In this document: positions 10,232-19,888 of the stretch, piece by piece | Position numbering within the stretch: the stretch's first letter is position 1 | How the letters are laid out: every line of letters begins with the position of its first letter | Assembly: GCA_045536425.1 (NCBI GenBank) | Contig: JAZSNN010000031.1 | Location: 60,203 to 124,202, forward strand | Source: Oscillospiraceae bacterium | GTDB lineage: Bacteria > Bacillota > Clostridia > Oscillospirales > Ruminococcaceae | Direction: 5' to 3' | Length of the DNA: 64,000 bases | Notes under the pieces: generated by a model | The model's database searches: none | What the model saw: only the letters and a program-made list of their open reading frames with translations | Told to the model about the DNA's origin: nothing | Translations under genes and position numbers: made by a program

Positions 10232-10645
10232 TTATTCAACAACGAGGGGCTTGAGGTCGTCTACGAGGTCTTCCTTAGCACAGGAAACTGTAAACACAAT
10301 CTCAACCTTTCTGGACTCTGCCAAAGGTGCGAGCTTGTCAATCATCTTAGCGAGATCCGCTGTATCTCTTCCGCCGATTCTGAGTGTTCCGTCGATGAAG
10401 AGGTCTGTAATGTCATAGTTGCCTGCGAGAACGCCGCAGATCATTCCATAGAACGCATCGTAGCCTACGATGCCGTAGCCATCAACGTCAACAAGACGTA
10501 CAGAATGGTCGATATTATAGGTGAGCTGAAGTTCCTTCTCTATACACACAACACTACCGTTGGTTGTACGGGCTGCCTCATTAATCTTCTCCACCAGAAC
10601 CTTTGTTTTTCCGGAGCCTTTTTTGCCGACGATAAGTTTAATCAT
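10232..10645 (-). CDS. small P-loop (Walker A GKKGSGKT) protein, uncharacterised
   Basis: 137 aa with N-terminal MIKLIVGKKGSGKTKVL; good coding context, sitting upstream of the pgi stop on the same strand. Confidence 0.5.
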   Translation of the reverse strand: MIKLIVGKKGSGKTKVLVEKINEAARTTNGSVVCIEKELQLTYNIDHSVRLVDVDGYGIVGYDAFYGMICGVLAGNYDITDLFIDGTLRIGGRDTADLAKMIDKLAPLAESRKVEIVFTVSCAKEDLVDDLKPLVVE

Positions 10646-10707
10646 AATTGTTCCTCCTTGCAGGTTTCCCTGTAATTTTTATATCAAATGCAGATGCATT
10701 CAATTAC

Positions 10708-12081
10708 TTAGCCAAGCTTTGCTTCGAGCGCCGCTTTTTCGTTCTCGTATCCCGGTTTGCCGAGAAGCGCAAACATATTTTTCTTGTAGCTTTCAACTCC
10801 GGGCTGATTGAAGGGGTTAACGCCCATCATATAGCAGGAGATTGCACAAGCTTTTTCAAAGAAGTAGACCATATAGCCAAATTCTTTTTCGTCCATCTTC
10901 TCAACATCCAAAACGATATTGGGAACGCCACCCTCTGTATGAGCGAGGACTGTTCCGCCAAACGCCTTTTGGTTGACAACCGACATATTCTGGTTGGACA
11001 AGAAGTTGAGTCCGTCGAAGTTGTCGGGGTCGGGTTTGATAAAGAGGTCTTTTTTGGGTGTTTTTATATTTACAACGGTTTCAAAGATGTTTCTTGTTCC
11101 GTCCTGTATAAACTGTCCCATTGAGTGAAGGTCGGTGGAGAAGATAACGGATGCGGGGAATATTCCTTTGTTATCCTTGCCTTCGCTCTCACCGAAGAGT
11201 TGTTTGAACCACTCTGCCATCATCGCAAAGGAAGGATCATAGCTTACGAGCATCTCGATAGCCTTGCCCTTACGATAGAGGATGTTTCTGAGTGCCGCGT
11301 ATTTATAGCAGTCGTTCTTCTCGATATCTTCAACAGCGAGTTCCTTCTGTGCTTCCTGTGCACCCTGCATAATAGCGTCGATATCAACGCCTGCAACAGC
11401 GATAGGAAGAAGTCCTACTGCAGTGAGAACGGAGTATCTTCCGCCAACGTCATCGGGTACAACGAATGTTTCAAAGCCCTCTCTGTCGGAAAGCTCCTTG
11501 AGTGTTCCCTTTGCCTTGTCGGTTGTAGCGTAGATTCTTTCTCTTGCGCCCTCTTTGCCGTATTTATTTTCAAGAAGCTCTCTGAAAACTCTGAAAGCAA
11601 GTGCGGGCTCGGTTGTTGTTCCTGATTTGGAGATGATGTTTACAGAAACATCTCTTCCCTCGCAGATAGAAAGAATTTCGTTTAGGTATGTAGCGCTGAT
11701 ATTGTTTCCTACATAGTAGATATCAGGTGTGTCTTTCTTGAGGTTATTGTAGAAAGGTGATGTTAGAAGCTCGATTGCCGCTCTGGCACCGAGATAAGAG
11801 CCGCCGATACCGATAACGATGAACACGTCGGTATCCTTCTTTATCTTTTCAGCCGCTTTCTTTATTCTCGCAAACTCTTCCTTGTCATAGTCTGTAGGAA
11901 GGGTCAGCCAGCCGAGAAAGTCGTTGCCGAGTCCTGTCTTTGAATGAAGTGTTTTTGCCGCATCATAGACCTGAGTCTTGATGCCTTCGATTTCGTGATC
12001 AGCCACGAAATCTTTTAAGTATTTTGTGTTAAGTTTAAGTCCCATTTTTAATTCCTCCGATTGTATACTTCTATTGTACAC
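10708..12081 (-). CDS. pgi: glucose-6-phosphate isomerase
   Basis: 457 aa with PGI family signatures ([25 protein letters not shown]). Confidence 0.9.
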   Translation of the reverse strand: MYNRSIQSEELKMGLKLNTKYLKDFVADHEIEGIKTQVYDAAKTLHSKTGLGNDFLGWLTLPTDYDKEEFARIKKAAEKIKKDTDVFIVIGIGGSYLGARAAIELLTSPFYNNLKKDTPDIYYVGNNISATYLNEILSICEGRDVSVNIISKSGTTTEPALAFRVFRELLENKYGKEGARERIYATTDKAKGTLKELSDREGFETFVVPDDVGGRYSVLTAVGLLPIAVAGVDIDAIMQGAQEAQKELAVEDIEKNDCYKYAALRNILYRKGKAIEMLVSYDPSFAMMAEWFKQLFGESEGKDNKGIFPASVIFSTDLHSMGQFIQDGTRNIFETVVNIKTPKKDLFIKPDPDNFDGLNFLSNQNMSVVNQKAFGGTVLAHTEGGVPNIVLDVEKMDEKEFGYMVYFFEKACAISCYMMGVNPFNQPGVESYKKNMFALLGKPGYENEKAALEAKLG

Positions 12082-12117
12082 GAAGAGGGGAAATTTTGCA
12101 AGATATAATCTGGGATT

Positions 12118-13344
12118 TTATTTCATCGAGACAAGATTTTTCAGAAAAATTTCAAGGCTTTTTAATATTGTCATTCTCTCTACCGATTCCGCAGCCATAA
12201 TCGGACATTCACCGACGGTTTTTTCACCGAGCCTTAGCACCACTTTTCCAATCTGCTGTCCTTTTTCCACGGGGGCTTCGAGAGATTCCTCGACTACTAT
12301 CTCTTGTGTTATCTGCGATTTTTCTCCCTTTTCGAGAAGGATTTTTTCGTTCATATTAACTTTGCAAGGCACTTCTCTCAGCACACCGTGGGAAACCTTG
12401 ACGGGAGTGAGGCTTTCGGTCGAAATTTCGGGTGTCGTGACCTCGTAGTTTGCAAAGCCGTAGTCAAGAAGCTTTCTTGCAGAGAAAAATCTGTCGTCAG
12501 TTGTTGATGAGCCAAGATTTACTGCAATAAGCTGCATCCCGTCGCGCAAAGCTGTTGCCGCAAGGCAGTAACCCGCTCCGACGGTAGTACCTGTTTTGAG
12601 TCCGTTTGCACCTTTGTAAAATCTAATAAGTTTATTTGTGTTTACAAGCTGTGTTTCGCCATTACGCAACGAATCCATCCAAATAGAAGTGTATTCAAAG
12701 ATTTTTTCGTGTTTTAGAAGTTCTCTCGACATCAATGCGATATCAAACGCTGTGGTTTTGTGGTTTTCGTCGTCAAAGCCCGTCGCATTTGTAAAGGTGG
12801 TATCGTTCATCCCGAGTTGTTTTGCGCGCTCGTTCATCAGTTTTACAAAGCCCTCTTCGCTACCCGCAATGTGTTCTGCAAGAGCAACGGTAGCGTCGTT
12901 TGCACTGGAAACCACAACGGCTTTCAGAAGCTCGTGGAGGGTCATTGTTTCCCCAACCTTGAACCATATCTGCGTTCCGCCCATCGAGTTTGCGTGTTCG
13001 GAGCAGGTGACGGTATCTTCGAGTGTTATTTTACCTTCTTTGAGCGCTTCCATAACAAGAAGCAGAGACATTATCTTTGTGATAGACGCGGGGGACATTC
13101 TCTCGTTTGCATTGTGTTCGACAAGCACTCTCCCGCTCGATGCCTCGACCAAGATATAAGACAGAGCCTTTATCTCGAGCGTCGAAGGGTCGGCACCCAC
13201 AAGCGCGCTGTCTATAGTTTCTATCATAGTCCCTGCCGAAACGAGATTATCCACCTCGCCTTTATCATCGTCGGAGATAGCGTTTGCAAAGGCCGGCAGA
13301 ACCGAAAGTGTTATTGCAAGTGCAAAAGCTATTATTTTTTTCAT
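12118..13344 (-). CDS. D-alanyl-D-alanine carboxypeptidase (DacB/DacF-type, serine peptidase S11)
   Basis: 408 aa with signal peptide, SxxK active site (SPASITKIMS), SGN and KTG motifs and a C-terminal beta-sandwich domain. Confidence 0.85.
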   Translation of the reverse strand: MKKIIAFALAITLSVLPAFANAISDDDKGEVDNLVSAGTMIETIDSALVGADPSTLEIKALSYILVEASSGRVLVEHNANERMSPASITKIMSLLLVMEALKEGKITLEDTVTCSEHANSMGGTQIWFKVGETMTLHELLKAVVVSSANDATVALAEHIAGSEEGFVKLMNERAKQLGMNDTTFTNATGFDDENHKTTAFDIALMSRELLKHEKIFEYTSIWMDSLRNGETQLVNTNKLIRFYKGANGLKTGTTVGAGYCLAATALRDGMQLIAVNLGSSTTDDRFFSARKLLDYGFANYEVTTPEISTESLTPVKVSHGVLREVPCKVNMNEKILLEKGEKSQITQEIVVEESLEAPVEKGQQIGKVVLRLGEKTVGECPIMAAESVERMTILKSLEIFLKNLVSMK

Positions 13345-13435
13345 ATCAGCACCCCTTTTGTGTTCATATAAAACCTATATGACAAGCAAGGGGCATGATA
13401 TGCAAAAGGGACGCACTTTCGTGCATCCCTTTTCA

Positions 13436-13666
13436 TCATTCTACTATAAAATTCTTTATTTCGGCAAGAAACGCGCCGCAATCGTCGCAGTGAATCCTCA
13501 TAGTCAAAACCTTGGAAAGATCAAGGCTGAATATTCCCATAATGGATTTCGCGTCAACCGCGTATCTGCCCGAAATGAGGTCTACGTCAAAGTCGTACTT
13601 GCCTACGCAGTTTACGAAAACCTTTACGTCGTTTATTGCATCAAATTTTATATTTAATTCTTTCAT
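13436..13666 (-). CDS. HPr-like phosphocarrier-fold protein (no canonical His15 context)
   Basis: 76-aa ORF; the central AVDAKSIMGIFSLDL resembles the HPr SIMGVMSLG region. Confidence 0.45.
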   Translation of the reverse strand: MKELNIKFDAINDVKVFVNCVGKYDFDVDLISGRYAVDAKSIMGIFSLDLSKVLTMRIHCDDCGAFLAEIKNFIVE

Positions 13667-13797
13667 AACATATTACCTCCTATTAGGTTTATGATATTAT
13701 ATTAACATTTTCCTTTTGTATAGTCAACAGATAATTGCATTTTCCGGAAAAAGTTTGTATAATAGGTACACCACTTATATAACAAAGGATAATTTTT

Positions 13798-15087
13798 ATG
13801 AGAGTTGCCTTTTACACGCTTGGCTGTAAGGTAAACCAATATGAAACCCGCATTATCGAACAAAAATTCATCGAAAACGGGTTTGATGTGGTGGACACTT
13901 CGGCAGAGGCGGATATTTACGTTATCAACTCCTGCACCGTTACGGCGACGGGAGACAAAAAAACAAGACAGATTGTACATCGCTTCAAGAAAAAGAATCC
14001 CGAGGCAATTATCGTTTTGACAGGATGCTTTCCGCAGGCGTATCCCGAGGACGCAAAAGCTATTGAAGAGGCTGATATCGTCACGGGAACACGTGACAGA
14101 AACGGGCTTTTCGGACTGGTACAGCAGTTTATCTCTGACGGCAAACGCATTGTCAAAATCACCCCTCACGAAAAGGGTGAAGAGTTTGAAAAGATGTGTG
14201 CGAAGGGATTTTTCGAGCGCACACGCGCTTTTGTGAAGATTCAAGACGGATGCAACAGATATTGCTCCTATTGCATTATTCCTACCGCCCGTGGTCCTAT
14301 CAGAAGCAAGGAGCTTGAAGACATTAAAAACGAGCTTGTCACCCTTGCAAAAGAGGGGTACAAGGAAGTCGTTTTGGTGGGAATCAATCTCTCGCTATAC
14401 GGAAACGAGTTTGGGCTGAGGCTCATTGATGCGATAAAAGCCGCTTGTGCTGTTGATGGCATTGAAAGGGTGCGTTTGGGTTCTATTGAGCCCGAGCTCA
14501 TCACCGACGAAGACCTCAAAGAGATGGCGTCGTTAAAAGAATTTTGTCCACAATTTCATCTCTCGTTGCAGAGCGGCTGTACCGACACGCTGAAGCGGAT
14601 GAACCGCCACTACACTGCAGATGAATATGCCGAACTTGTACAAAAAATCCGCAGCGCTTTTGAAAACCCCGCTATTACAACCGACATTATGGTCGGTTTC
14701 CCGAGCGAAGACGAGCACGAGTTTGAAGAATCCTGCGAGTTTGTGAAAAAGGTCAAAATCGCAAAATCGCACGTTTTCTCATATTCGAGAAGACCAAACA
14801 CCAGAGCTGACAAGATGCCAAATCAGGTCACAAAAGCAGAAAAGGAAAAGCGGAGCAGAAGGCTCATTGAGGTTTGTGACAAGGTGCGAGAGGAATTTTT
14901 GCAGACTCAGGTGGGAGTCGAGTGTGAGGTTTTGTTTGAAACGTTTGATAACAGTCTCGGATATTTCGGATATTCGGAAAACTACACTCCCGTTTATATA
15001 AAATGTGAGCAAGACCCTCGAGGAGAGATAAAAACAGTAAAAATCACAGCTTCCTATGGTGATTATTGCGTGGGCGAGCTTGTATAG
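13798..15087 (+). CDS. mtaB: tRNA threonylcarbamoyladenosine methylthiotransferase MtaB (radical SAM, MiaB-like)
   Basis: 429 aa with MTTase N domain, CxxxCxxC radical-SAM motif (CNRYCSYC) and TRAM domain; an extended -10 TGtATAAT lies ~25 nt upstream. Confidence 0.85.
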   Translation: MRVAFYTLGCKVNQYETRIIEQKFIENGFDVVDTSAEADIYVINSCTVTATGDKKTRQIVHRFKKKNPEAIIVLTGCFPQAYPEDAKAIEEADIVTGTRDRNGLFGLVQQFISDGKRIVKITPHEKGEEFEKMCAKGFFERTRAFVKIQDGCNRYCSYCIIPTARGPIRSKELEDIKNELVTLAKEGYKEVVLVGINLSLYGNEFGLRLIDAIKAACAVDGIERVRLGSIEPELITDEDLKEMASLKEFCPQFHLSLQSGCTDTLKRMNRHYTADEYAELVQKIRSAFENPAITTDIMVGFPSEDEHEFEESCEFVKKVKIAKSHVFSYSRRPNTRADKMPNQVTKAEKEKRSRRLIEVCDKVREEFLQTQVGVECEVLFETFDNSLGYFGYSENYTPVYIKCEQDPRGEIKTVKITASYGDYCVGELV

Positions 15088-15178
15088 AAAGGGTTTTATT
15101 AAGGAAATCAAAATCAAAGGTAAAAAAGCGAGGTCGTCATCTCAACTCTCAGCACTCATCTATGGCAAGGAATATGAA

Positions 15179-15847
15179 ATGGGCCGCCACGGATTTATTC
15201 GATTTATGGAATTTGAGTTTATGCAAGAGGGCGAAAACTTCGTTACAATGCGTTTTGTTGCTAACGAAGAAACCCTCAAAATGTATCCTTTCAACTTCAC
15301 ATTTGATGCTACATTTATGATAAACGACGATGATTCCATCCTCTCCACACTCACCGTCACAAACAAGGACGAAAAGGTTATGCCGTTTACCATCGGTCAG
15401 CACACAGGCTACACTGTCCCCAACGACATCTACAACAGCTGTATTATCACCTTTGAAAAGCCCGAAACGGTGGCATATCCCAAGGTTGTGGTCGAGGAAG
15501 GTCTTATTGACACCACTGTTCGCACTCCCTTTTTGAACAACGAAAAGAGCTTTACGCTAAATCACAGTTTGTTTGACATTGACGCTATTGTCTGTGACGG
15601 AATAAAGTCGCGTTCGGTTACTCTTGAAAGTCCAACAACAGACCTCAAGTTCAGAGTTGATTTCCCCGACTTTGACAACGTTATGTTCTGGGCTATGGCG
15701 GGTGAAACCCCCTACGTTTGCATCGAGTCCGTTATCGGCTACTGCACCACCACAACCGAAAGCGACGTCTTCGAGGACAAGGCGGGAATCATCAAGCTTT
15801 CTACAAACGAATCAAAGAGCTTTGATATGACAATTACACCACTATAA
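15179..15847 (+). CDS. aldose 1-epimerase (galactose mutarotase-like, LacX) family protein, apparently N-terminally short
   Basis: The reading frame runs from 15056 and overlaps the mtaB 3' end. The first ATG after the mtaB stop is at 15179 (MGRHGFIRFMEF...). The HGF(A/I)R motif and following beta-sandwich motifs fit the epimerase family, but ~20-40 N-terminal residues expected for the family are missing or encoded in overlap. Confidence 0.5.
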   Translation: MGRHGFIRFMEFEFMQEGENFVTMRFVANEETLKMYPFNFTFDATFMINDDDSILSTLTVTNKDEKVMPFTIGQHTGYTVPNDIYNSCIITFEKPETVAYPKVVVEEGLIDTTVRTPFLNNEKSFTLNHSLFDIDAIVCDGIKSRSVTLESPTTDLKFRVDFPDFDNVMFWAMAGETPYVCIESVIGYCTTTTESDVFEDKAGIIKLSTNESKSFDMTITPL

Positions 15848-15856
15848 ACGAGATGC

Positions 15857-15890
15857 GCCGACTCAAAAATGAGTCGGCGCGTTTTGTCAT
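15857..15890. terminator. bidirectional intrinsic terminator between the convergent epimerase-like and RNase J-like genes
   Basis: GCGCCGACTCAaaaaTGAGTCGGCGC hairpin flanked by A/T runs on both sides. Confidence 0.6.
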
Positions 15891-17485
15891 CTAATCCATT
15901 TGTTGTGGAGGTTTAGAATCTGGTCGGTGAATTTTGCAAGGTCTTTGTTTGCGCCGTCTTTATTCGCGCGAACGGCAGAAAGAAGCTTGTTATACGCCGC
16001 CATAAGTTTTTCATAGGCGGTGTTCTTTTTATTCTCAACACTTTCCTTTGTGCGAGGTATGGGCTGTGTCTCAACGAGCCATTTGTTTTCGGTCAAATCA
16101 AACACAGAGCCCGAAGAAGGCATCTCGGTTTTAAAACCTGTCTTTTCCTCAACTGCAGGTGCAAAAAGCTTCATCGCGCTATCGTCACCGTGTACGAGAA
16201 ATACTCTCGACACCTTATTTTCAAAGGCGGAAACCCAGTTCAAAAGTCCGTTCTTATCCGCGTGTGAGGACATAGCAGACATCGTTTCGATGTGCGCTCT
16301 GACGGTTATCTCCTCACCAAAAAGCTTGACGGTCGGCGCTCCATCCAAAAGCACTCTGCCGAGCGTTCCGTTTGCCTGATATCCCGCGAAAACGACGGTG
16401 CTTTCCGCTCTCCAGAGGTTGTGCTTTAGATGGTGGCGTATTCTGCCCGCGTCGCACATTCCCGAAGCGGAGATTATAACCTTTGGGGTTTTATCGAGGT
16501 TTATAGCCTTTGACTCATCGGAGGTCACCGAGAGGGTGAGCCCTGCAAAGTCGATGGGGTTTATACCTTTTTCAACAAGCGCTCGGGTTTCGTCATCATA
16601 GCACTCGAGCATATTTTCTCTGAAAACGTGGGTAGCTTCAACGGCAAGCGGGCTGTCGACGTAGACAGGAAAATTATCGTGACCTTTTACAAGTCCGTCG
16701 GCTTTTATCTTTCGAATGAAGTACAAAAGCTCCTGCGTTCTGCCCACTGCAAATGCGGGAAGAAGGACGTTGCCTCCCCTATCGAGAGTTTGTTGTATTA
16801 TTCTTGTCAGCGTTTCAATATGGTCGGTGACTCGCTCGTGGTTGCGGTCGCCGTAGGTAGATTCCATCACAACGTAGTCGGCATTTTTTATATACTGCGG
16901 ATTTCGAATGAGCGGCTTGTCAAGGTTTCCGATATCCCCCGAGAAAACAATGGCCTTTTCAACGCCATTTTCTTTGAGGTGGATTTCGGCACTTGCAGAG
17001 CCCAAAAGATGTCCCGCATCAACAAATTTTACAGAAAATCCATCGGCAAGTGTGACGGTTTCGCCGTATGGCACGCTTCTGAAATTTTCAAGAGCGACAA
17101 GTGCATCGTTTACGTCATAGATAGGCTCGACGGGCTTTTTACCCGCTCTGAGAGCCTTTTTGCTTTTATATTCCGCCTCGCTCTGCTGAATATAGGCGCT
17201 GTCACGGAGCATTATGTTTGCGAGCGCTTCGGTCGCCTCTGTGCACAAAACTGTACCTGTGAAACCGTTTTTGAATGCTAACGGTATCATTCCCGCGTGG
17301 TCGATGTGCGCGTGGGTGAGGATGATATAATCCAAATCAACGTATTTTATAGGCATCGGAGCGTTTTCAAAAGGGTTTTGCCCCTGCTCCATTCCCATAT
17401 CTATCGCTACCTTTAAGCCACAAGCCTCCAACAGATGCAACGAGCCCGTGACCTCTCGGTCCGCTCCTATAAACGTAAGTTTCAT
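15887..17485 (-). CDS. rnj: MBL-fold beta-CASP ribonuclease (RNase J family)
   Basis: 532 aa with HAHIDHAG metallo-beta-lactamase motif, beta-CASP and a C-terminal RNA-specificity region. Confidence 0.7.
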   Translation of the reverse strand: MKLTFIGADREVTGSLHLLEACGLKVAIDMGMEQGQNPFENAPMPIKYVDLDYIILTHAHIDHAGMIPLAFKNGFTGTVLCTEATEALANIMLRDSAYIQQSEAEYKSKKALRAGKKPVEPIYDVNDALVALENFRSVPYGETVTLADGFSVKFVDAGHLLGSASAEIHLKENGVEKAIVFSGDIGNLDKPLIRNPQYIKNADYVVMESTYGDRNHERVTDHIETLTRIIQQTLDRGGNVLLPAFAVGRTQELLYFIRKIKADGLVKGHDNFPVYVDSPLAVEATHVFRENMLECYDDETRALVEKGINPIDFAGLTLSVTSDESKAINLDKTPKVIISASGMCDAGRIRHHLKHNLWRAESTVVFAGYQANGTLGRVLLDGAPTVKLFGEEITVRAHIETMSAMSSHADKNGLLNWVSAFENKVSRVFLVHGDDSAMKLFAPAVEEKTGFKTEMPSSGSVFDLTENKWLVETQPIPRTKESVENKKNTAYEKLMAAYNKLLSAVRANKDGANKDLAKFTDQILNLHNKWIR

Positions 17486-17571
17486 ACAATCGCCTCCTTT
17501 ACATCTCTATTATACTTGGTATTTTAGGATTTTTCCATACAAAATATAAAAAGGGCGGAAATCCACCCTTT

Positions 17572-17775
17572 TTATTCTTCAATCTTAACAATATCTACAG
17601 CTGCATTTAAAAGCAAATTTATAAGTTCATTACGAGAGCGGTTTGTTTTGACAGACAAATCATCTAAACGCTCTATCAATTCATCTTTCATTCTTACAGA
17701 AACAACCTTGCAACCATCATCGCCCCTGCGAGCATTCTTTTTTGTTATTTTAATTACATCTGCCATATTCTCCAC
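17572..17775 (-). CDS. ribbon-helix-helix (CopG/Arc-like) DNA-binding protein
   Basis: 67 aa: N-terminal beta-strand then two helices (SVRMKDELIERLDDLSVKTNRSRNELINLLL); AT-rich context; hairpin plus T-run downstream. Confidence 0.5.
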   Translation of the reverse strand: MENMADVIKITKKNARRGDDGCKVVSVRMKDELIERLDDLSVKTNRSRNELINLLLNAAVDIVKIEE

Positions 17776-17883
17776 CCCTTACTCTTCGTACTTATATTCT
17801 AACTTGACAAAAGTAGTATTGGTATATTATAATTATGTAGTGTATTATATACTACAACTTGTAATATAGAAGGAGGCGGCAAG

Positions 17884-18090
17884 ATGAGAAGCAAAACCAG
17901 CAGAGTTATCTGCGGCACCTGTCAGTATTGGACAGGGAAACGTGAACCTGTATTTGACGGCAATGGCAATCCTAAGATTGATATTGTTGATGAATTCGGT
18001 TTATGCGAACACTTTATAATGGATGAAAGTGTTGCGAGAAGAAAAGATTTAAAATGCAAGCACTTTAGCAAATGGACAGAAATTTTGTAG
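17884..18090 (+). CDS. small Cys-rich protein (CxxC ... C ... C), hypothetical
   Basis: 68-aa ORF with a GGAGG RBS 6 nt upstream and four Cys in zinc-ribbon-like spacing. Confidence 0.4.
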   Translation: MRSKTSRVICGTCQYWTGKREPVFDGNGNPKIDIVDEFGLCEHFIMDESVARRKDLKCKHFSKWTEIL

Positions 18091-18101
18091 GGAGATATAA
18101 A

Positions 18102-18671
18102 ATGCAAGAAAAAATCTTATTTAATGAAAAGGCGTCCGCAACTGGTGCTGCGTTAGCTTGTTTAGCTTTGTCAACTATACCTTTTATATTAAGTTATTGT
18201 TGTTTGATGGCCTTTTTTGGTCTTGATGCTTGGGATTTTGGATTTCCATTAATAGCAATAGGGTGCGTCCTCGTCTTGCTAGCTCTTTTAATATTAGTTT
18301 TCGGTAGAGACAGTCAAATTTGTATTACTGATAAAAGGGTATACGGTAAAACTCTATTAGGAAAAAGAGTTGATTTACCATTGGATTCCGTTTCGTCTGT
18401 AGGATTGACCAACCCATTGTTTAATGGCATCTCTGTTTCATCTAATTCTGGTAATATAAGTTTTTATTTGATTTCAAACAGAGACAAAGCGCACAAAGTT
18501 TTAAGCAACCTAATCATTGATAGACAGCGAAGGACAAATGAAACTAGTGTGAGACAAGATGTTCTACAAAGCACTGCCGATGAATTGAAAAAATATAAAG
18601 ATCTACTTGATAGCAGTGTAATTACACAAGAAGAATTTGACCAAAAGAAAAAACAGTTATTAGGTTTGTAA
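18102..18671 (+). CDS. membrane protein with bacterial PH-like domain and C-terminal SHOCT domain
   Basis: Start chosen at MQEKILFNEK (the ORF-track start at 18072 overlaps the previous gene). It has two TM helices and a C-terminal LKKYKDLLDSSVITQEEFDQKKKQLL, typical of SHOCT. Confidence 0.5.
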   Translation: MQEKILFNEKASATGAALACLALSTIPFILSYCCLMAFFGLDAWDFGFPLIAIGCVLVLLALLILVFGRDSQICITDKRVYGKTLLGKRVDLPLDSVSSVGLTNPLFNGISVSSNSGNISFYLISNRDKAHKVLSNLIIDRQRRTNETSVRQDVLQSTADELKKYKDLLDSSVITQEEFDQKKKQLLGL

Positions 18672-18696
18672 AATATCAAAAATTAAAGGAGAAATT

Positions 18697-19017
18697 ATGA
18701 TGAAAAAAATACTAGTAATGCTCTTGGTTGTGATTATATTACTCACAAATGTTGGATGCGGGTCAAAAAGCAATTCTATTGATTCGCAAGATTCTAATTA
18801 TACGGAAGCAGAACTTAAAGATTTTAAAGAAGAACTAAGAGAATTGTTGTTGGGAGCTAGTAAAGCCACCGTAGAGGATGCATTAGGTTCAGCCTATGAG
18901 GTTTCAGGAGGCACTTACTTTTATGTGTTACCTAAGCAGCGTTTGGTGGCCGCAATAACTTATACATTCAATGGTTACAATCAGGTTGTTAAAACAGTAA
19001 CTTTTCTTGATTTGTAA
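18697..19017 (+). CDS. small lipoprotein
   Basis: 106 aa with signal peptide and lipobox LTNVGC|GS; RBS AAAGGAGA upstream. Confidence 0.5.
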   Translation: MMKKILVMLLVVIILLTNVGCGSKSNSIDSQDSNYTEAELKDFKEELRELLLGASKATVEDALGSAYEVSGGTYFYVLPKQRLVAAITYTFNGYNQVVKTVTFLDL

Positions 19018-19094
19018 ATTTATAATACATAAAAAAGGGGAGCGGTTTTTCCGTTCCCTTTTAGTTTTTGTAGTAAAATACACCTGCAAGTAGT

Positions 19095-19445
19095 TTACAG
19101 ATTATACTTTTCTTTTGTTGTGTTTATAGAAGAAATCAATATGCGTCTGATTTTTCCACAGTCGTTTTTAAGTTCGGAACACTGTTTGCTATCAACTATA
19201 TTCGTTTTTGAAAAGAGTTCCAACCAATATTCTGTTTCGTAACATTCCTTTAACGCTATTTGGAGTTTTGAAACAAAATCAGCCTTGCTTTGTGCGTAAT
19301 TTGCTTCGTGAATATTCGCACCTATACTTGTTCCGCTTCTTAGAATCTGATTTTTCAAAGCACTTCTTCCTTGAATTTGGTCTGTCGTTTTTACAATCTT
19401 TACCGCAAACTCAACAGAGAGTTCTATTAACAGGTTGTCAGACAT
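19095..19445 (-). CDS. four-helix-bundle protein (23S rRNA intervening-sequence protein family, Avd-like)
   Basis: 116 aa from MSDNLLIELSVEFAVKIVK... with a GGAGA RBS. The track's longer ORF start lacks an RBS. Family assignment rests on the characteristic pattern (LxxQxxRSxxSIxxNIxEa ... aLKEcxETxYWLeL). Confidence 0.6.
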   Translation of the reverse strand: MSDNLLIELSVEFAVKIVKTTDQIQGRSALKNQILRSGTSIGANIHEANYAQSKADFVSKLQIALKECYETEYWLELFSKTNIVDSKQCSELKNDCGKIRRILISSINTTKEKYNL

Positions 19446-19449
19446 ATTT

Positions 19450-19645
19450 TTCTCCTTTTGATGAAATGCGCTTTGCGCATGAAATGAATTCTTCATGAAA
19501 TGCAGCCACGGCTGCATGAAATAAAATTTGCCCAAATTTAATTTTTCAAACAATGTGCCACATCCGAAACGGATGTGGCACATTTCATGCTTTAGCATTT
19601 AATTCACAGCGTGAATTTCATTTGCCGTGAGGCAAATTTCATTAC
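19450..19645. repeat. array of six short GC-rich hairpins, each abutting a CATGAAAT/ATTTCATG motif (three forward then three inverted)
   Basis: Hairpins gcgctttgcgc, cagccacggctg, gtgccacatccgaaacggatgtggcac and catttgccgtgaggcaaat. Motif copies lie at ~19487, 19506, 19530 (forward) and ~19587, 19605, 19625 (reverse). Confidence 0.5.
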
Positions 19646-19660
19646 AAATAATCTGCGATT

Positions 19661-19755
19661 ATTTGTTAAGTGCTTCGTTTACTGCAACTGCGCAAGCAAC
19701 TGTCATACCAACCATGGGGTTGTTACCAGCGCCGATGAGACCCATCATCTCAACG
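19661..19755. repeat. left direct repeat (attL-like): displaced duplicate of the last 31 codons of the GGGtGRT-family gene
   Basis: 91/95 identity with 36309..36403. All four mismatches fall on synonymous third codon positions when read on the minus strand (...GIGAGNNPMVGMTVACAVAVNEALNK*). Confidence 0.75.
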
Positions 19756-19888
19756 CATATTGAACCAGTAGATAAAACAACTCCACAAATATAGCCCGAA
19801 AGTCTTTGTAAAACCTAATCTTTAAACGTCAAATCAAATACACCAAACACATCGTTTTAAGTTTCCTTAAACGCATTATAACGTGTTT

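Noticed and set aside
19095-19598. Diversity-generating retroelement (because of the Avd-like gene)
   Set aside because: No reverse transcriptase ORF and no template/variable repeat pair anywhere in the window. The longer 167-aa version of this ORF in the track lacks an RBS.
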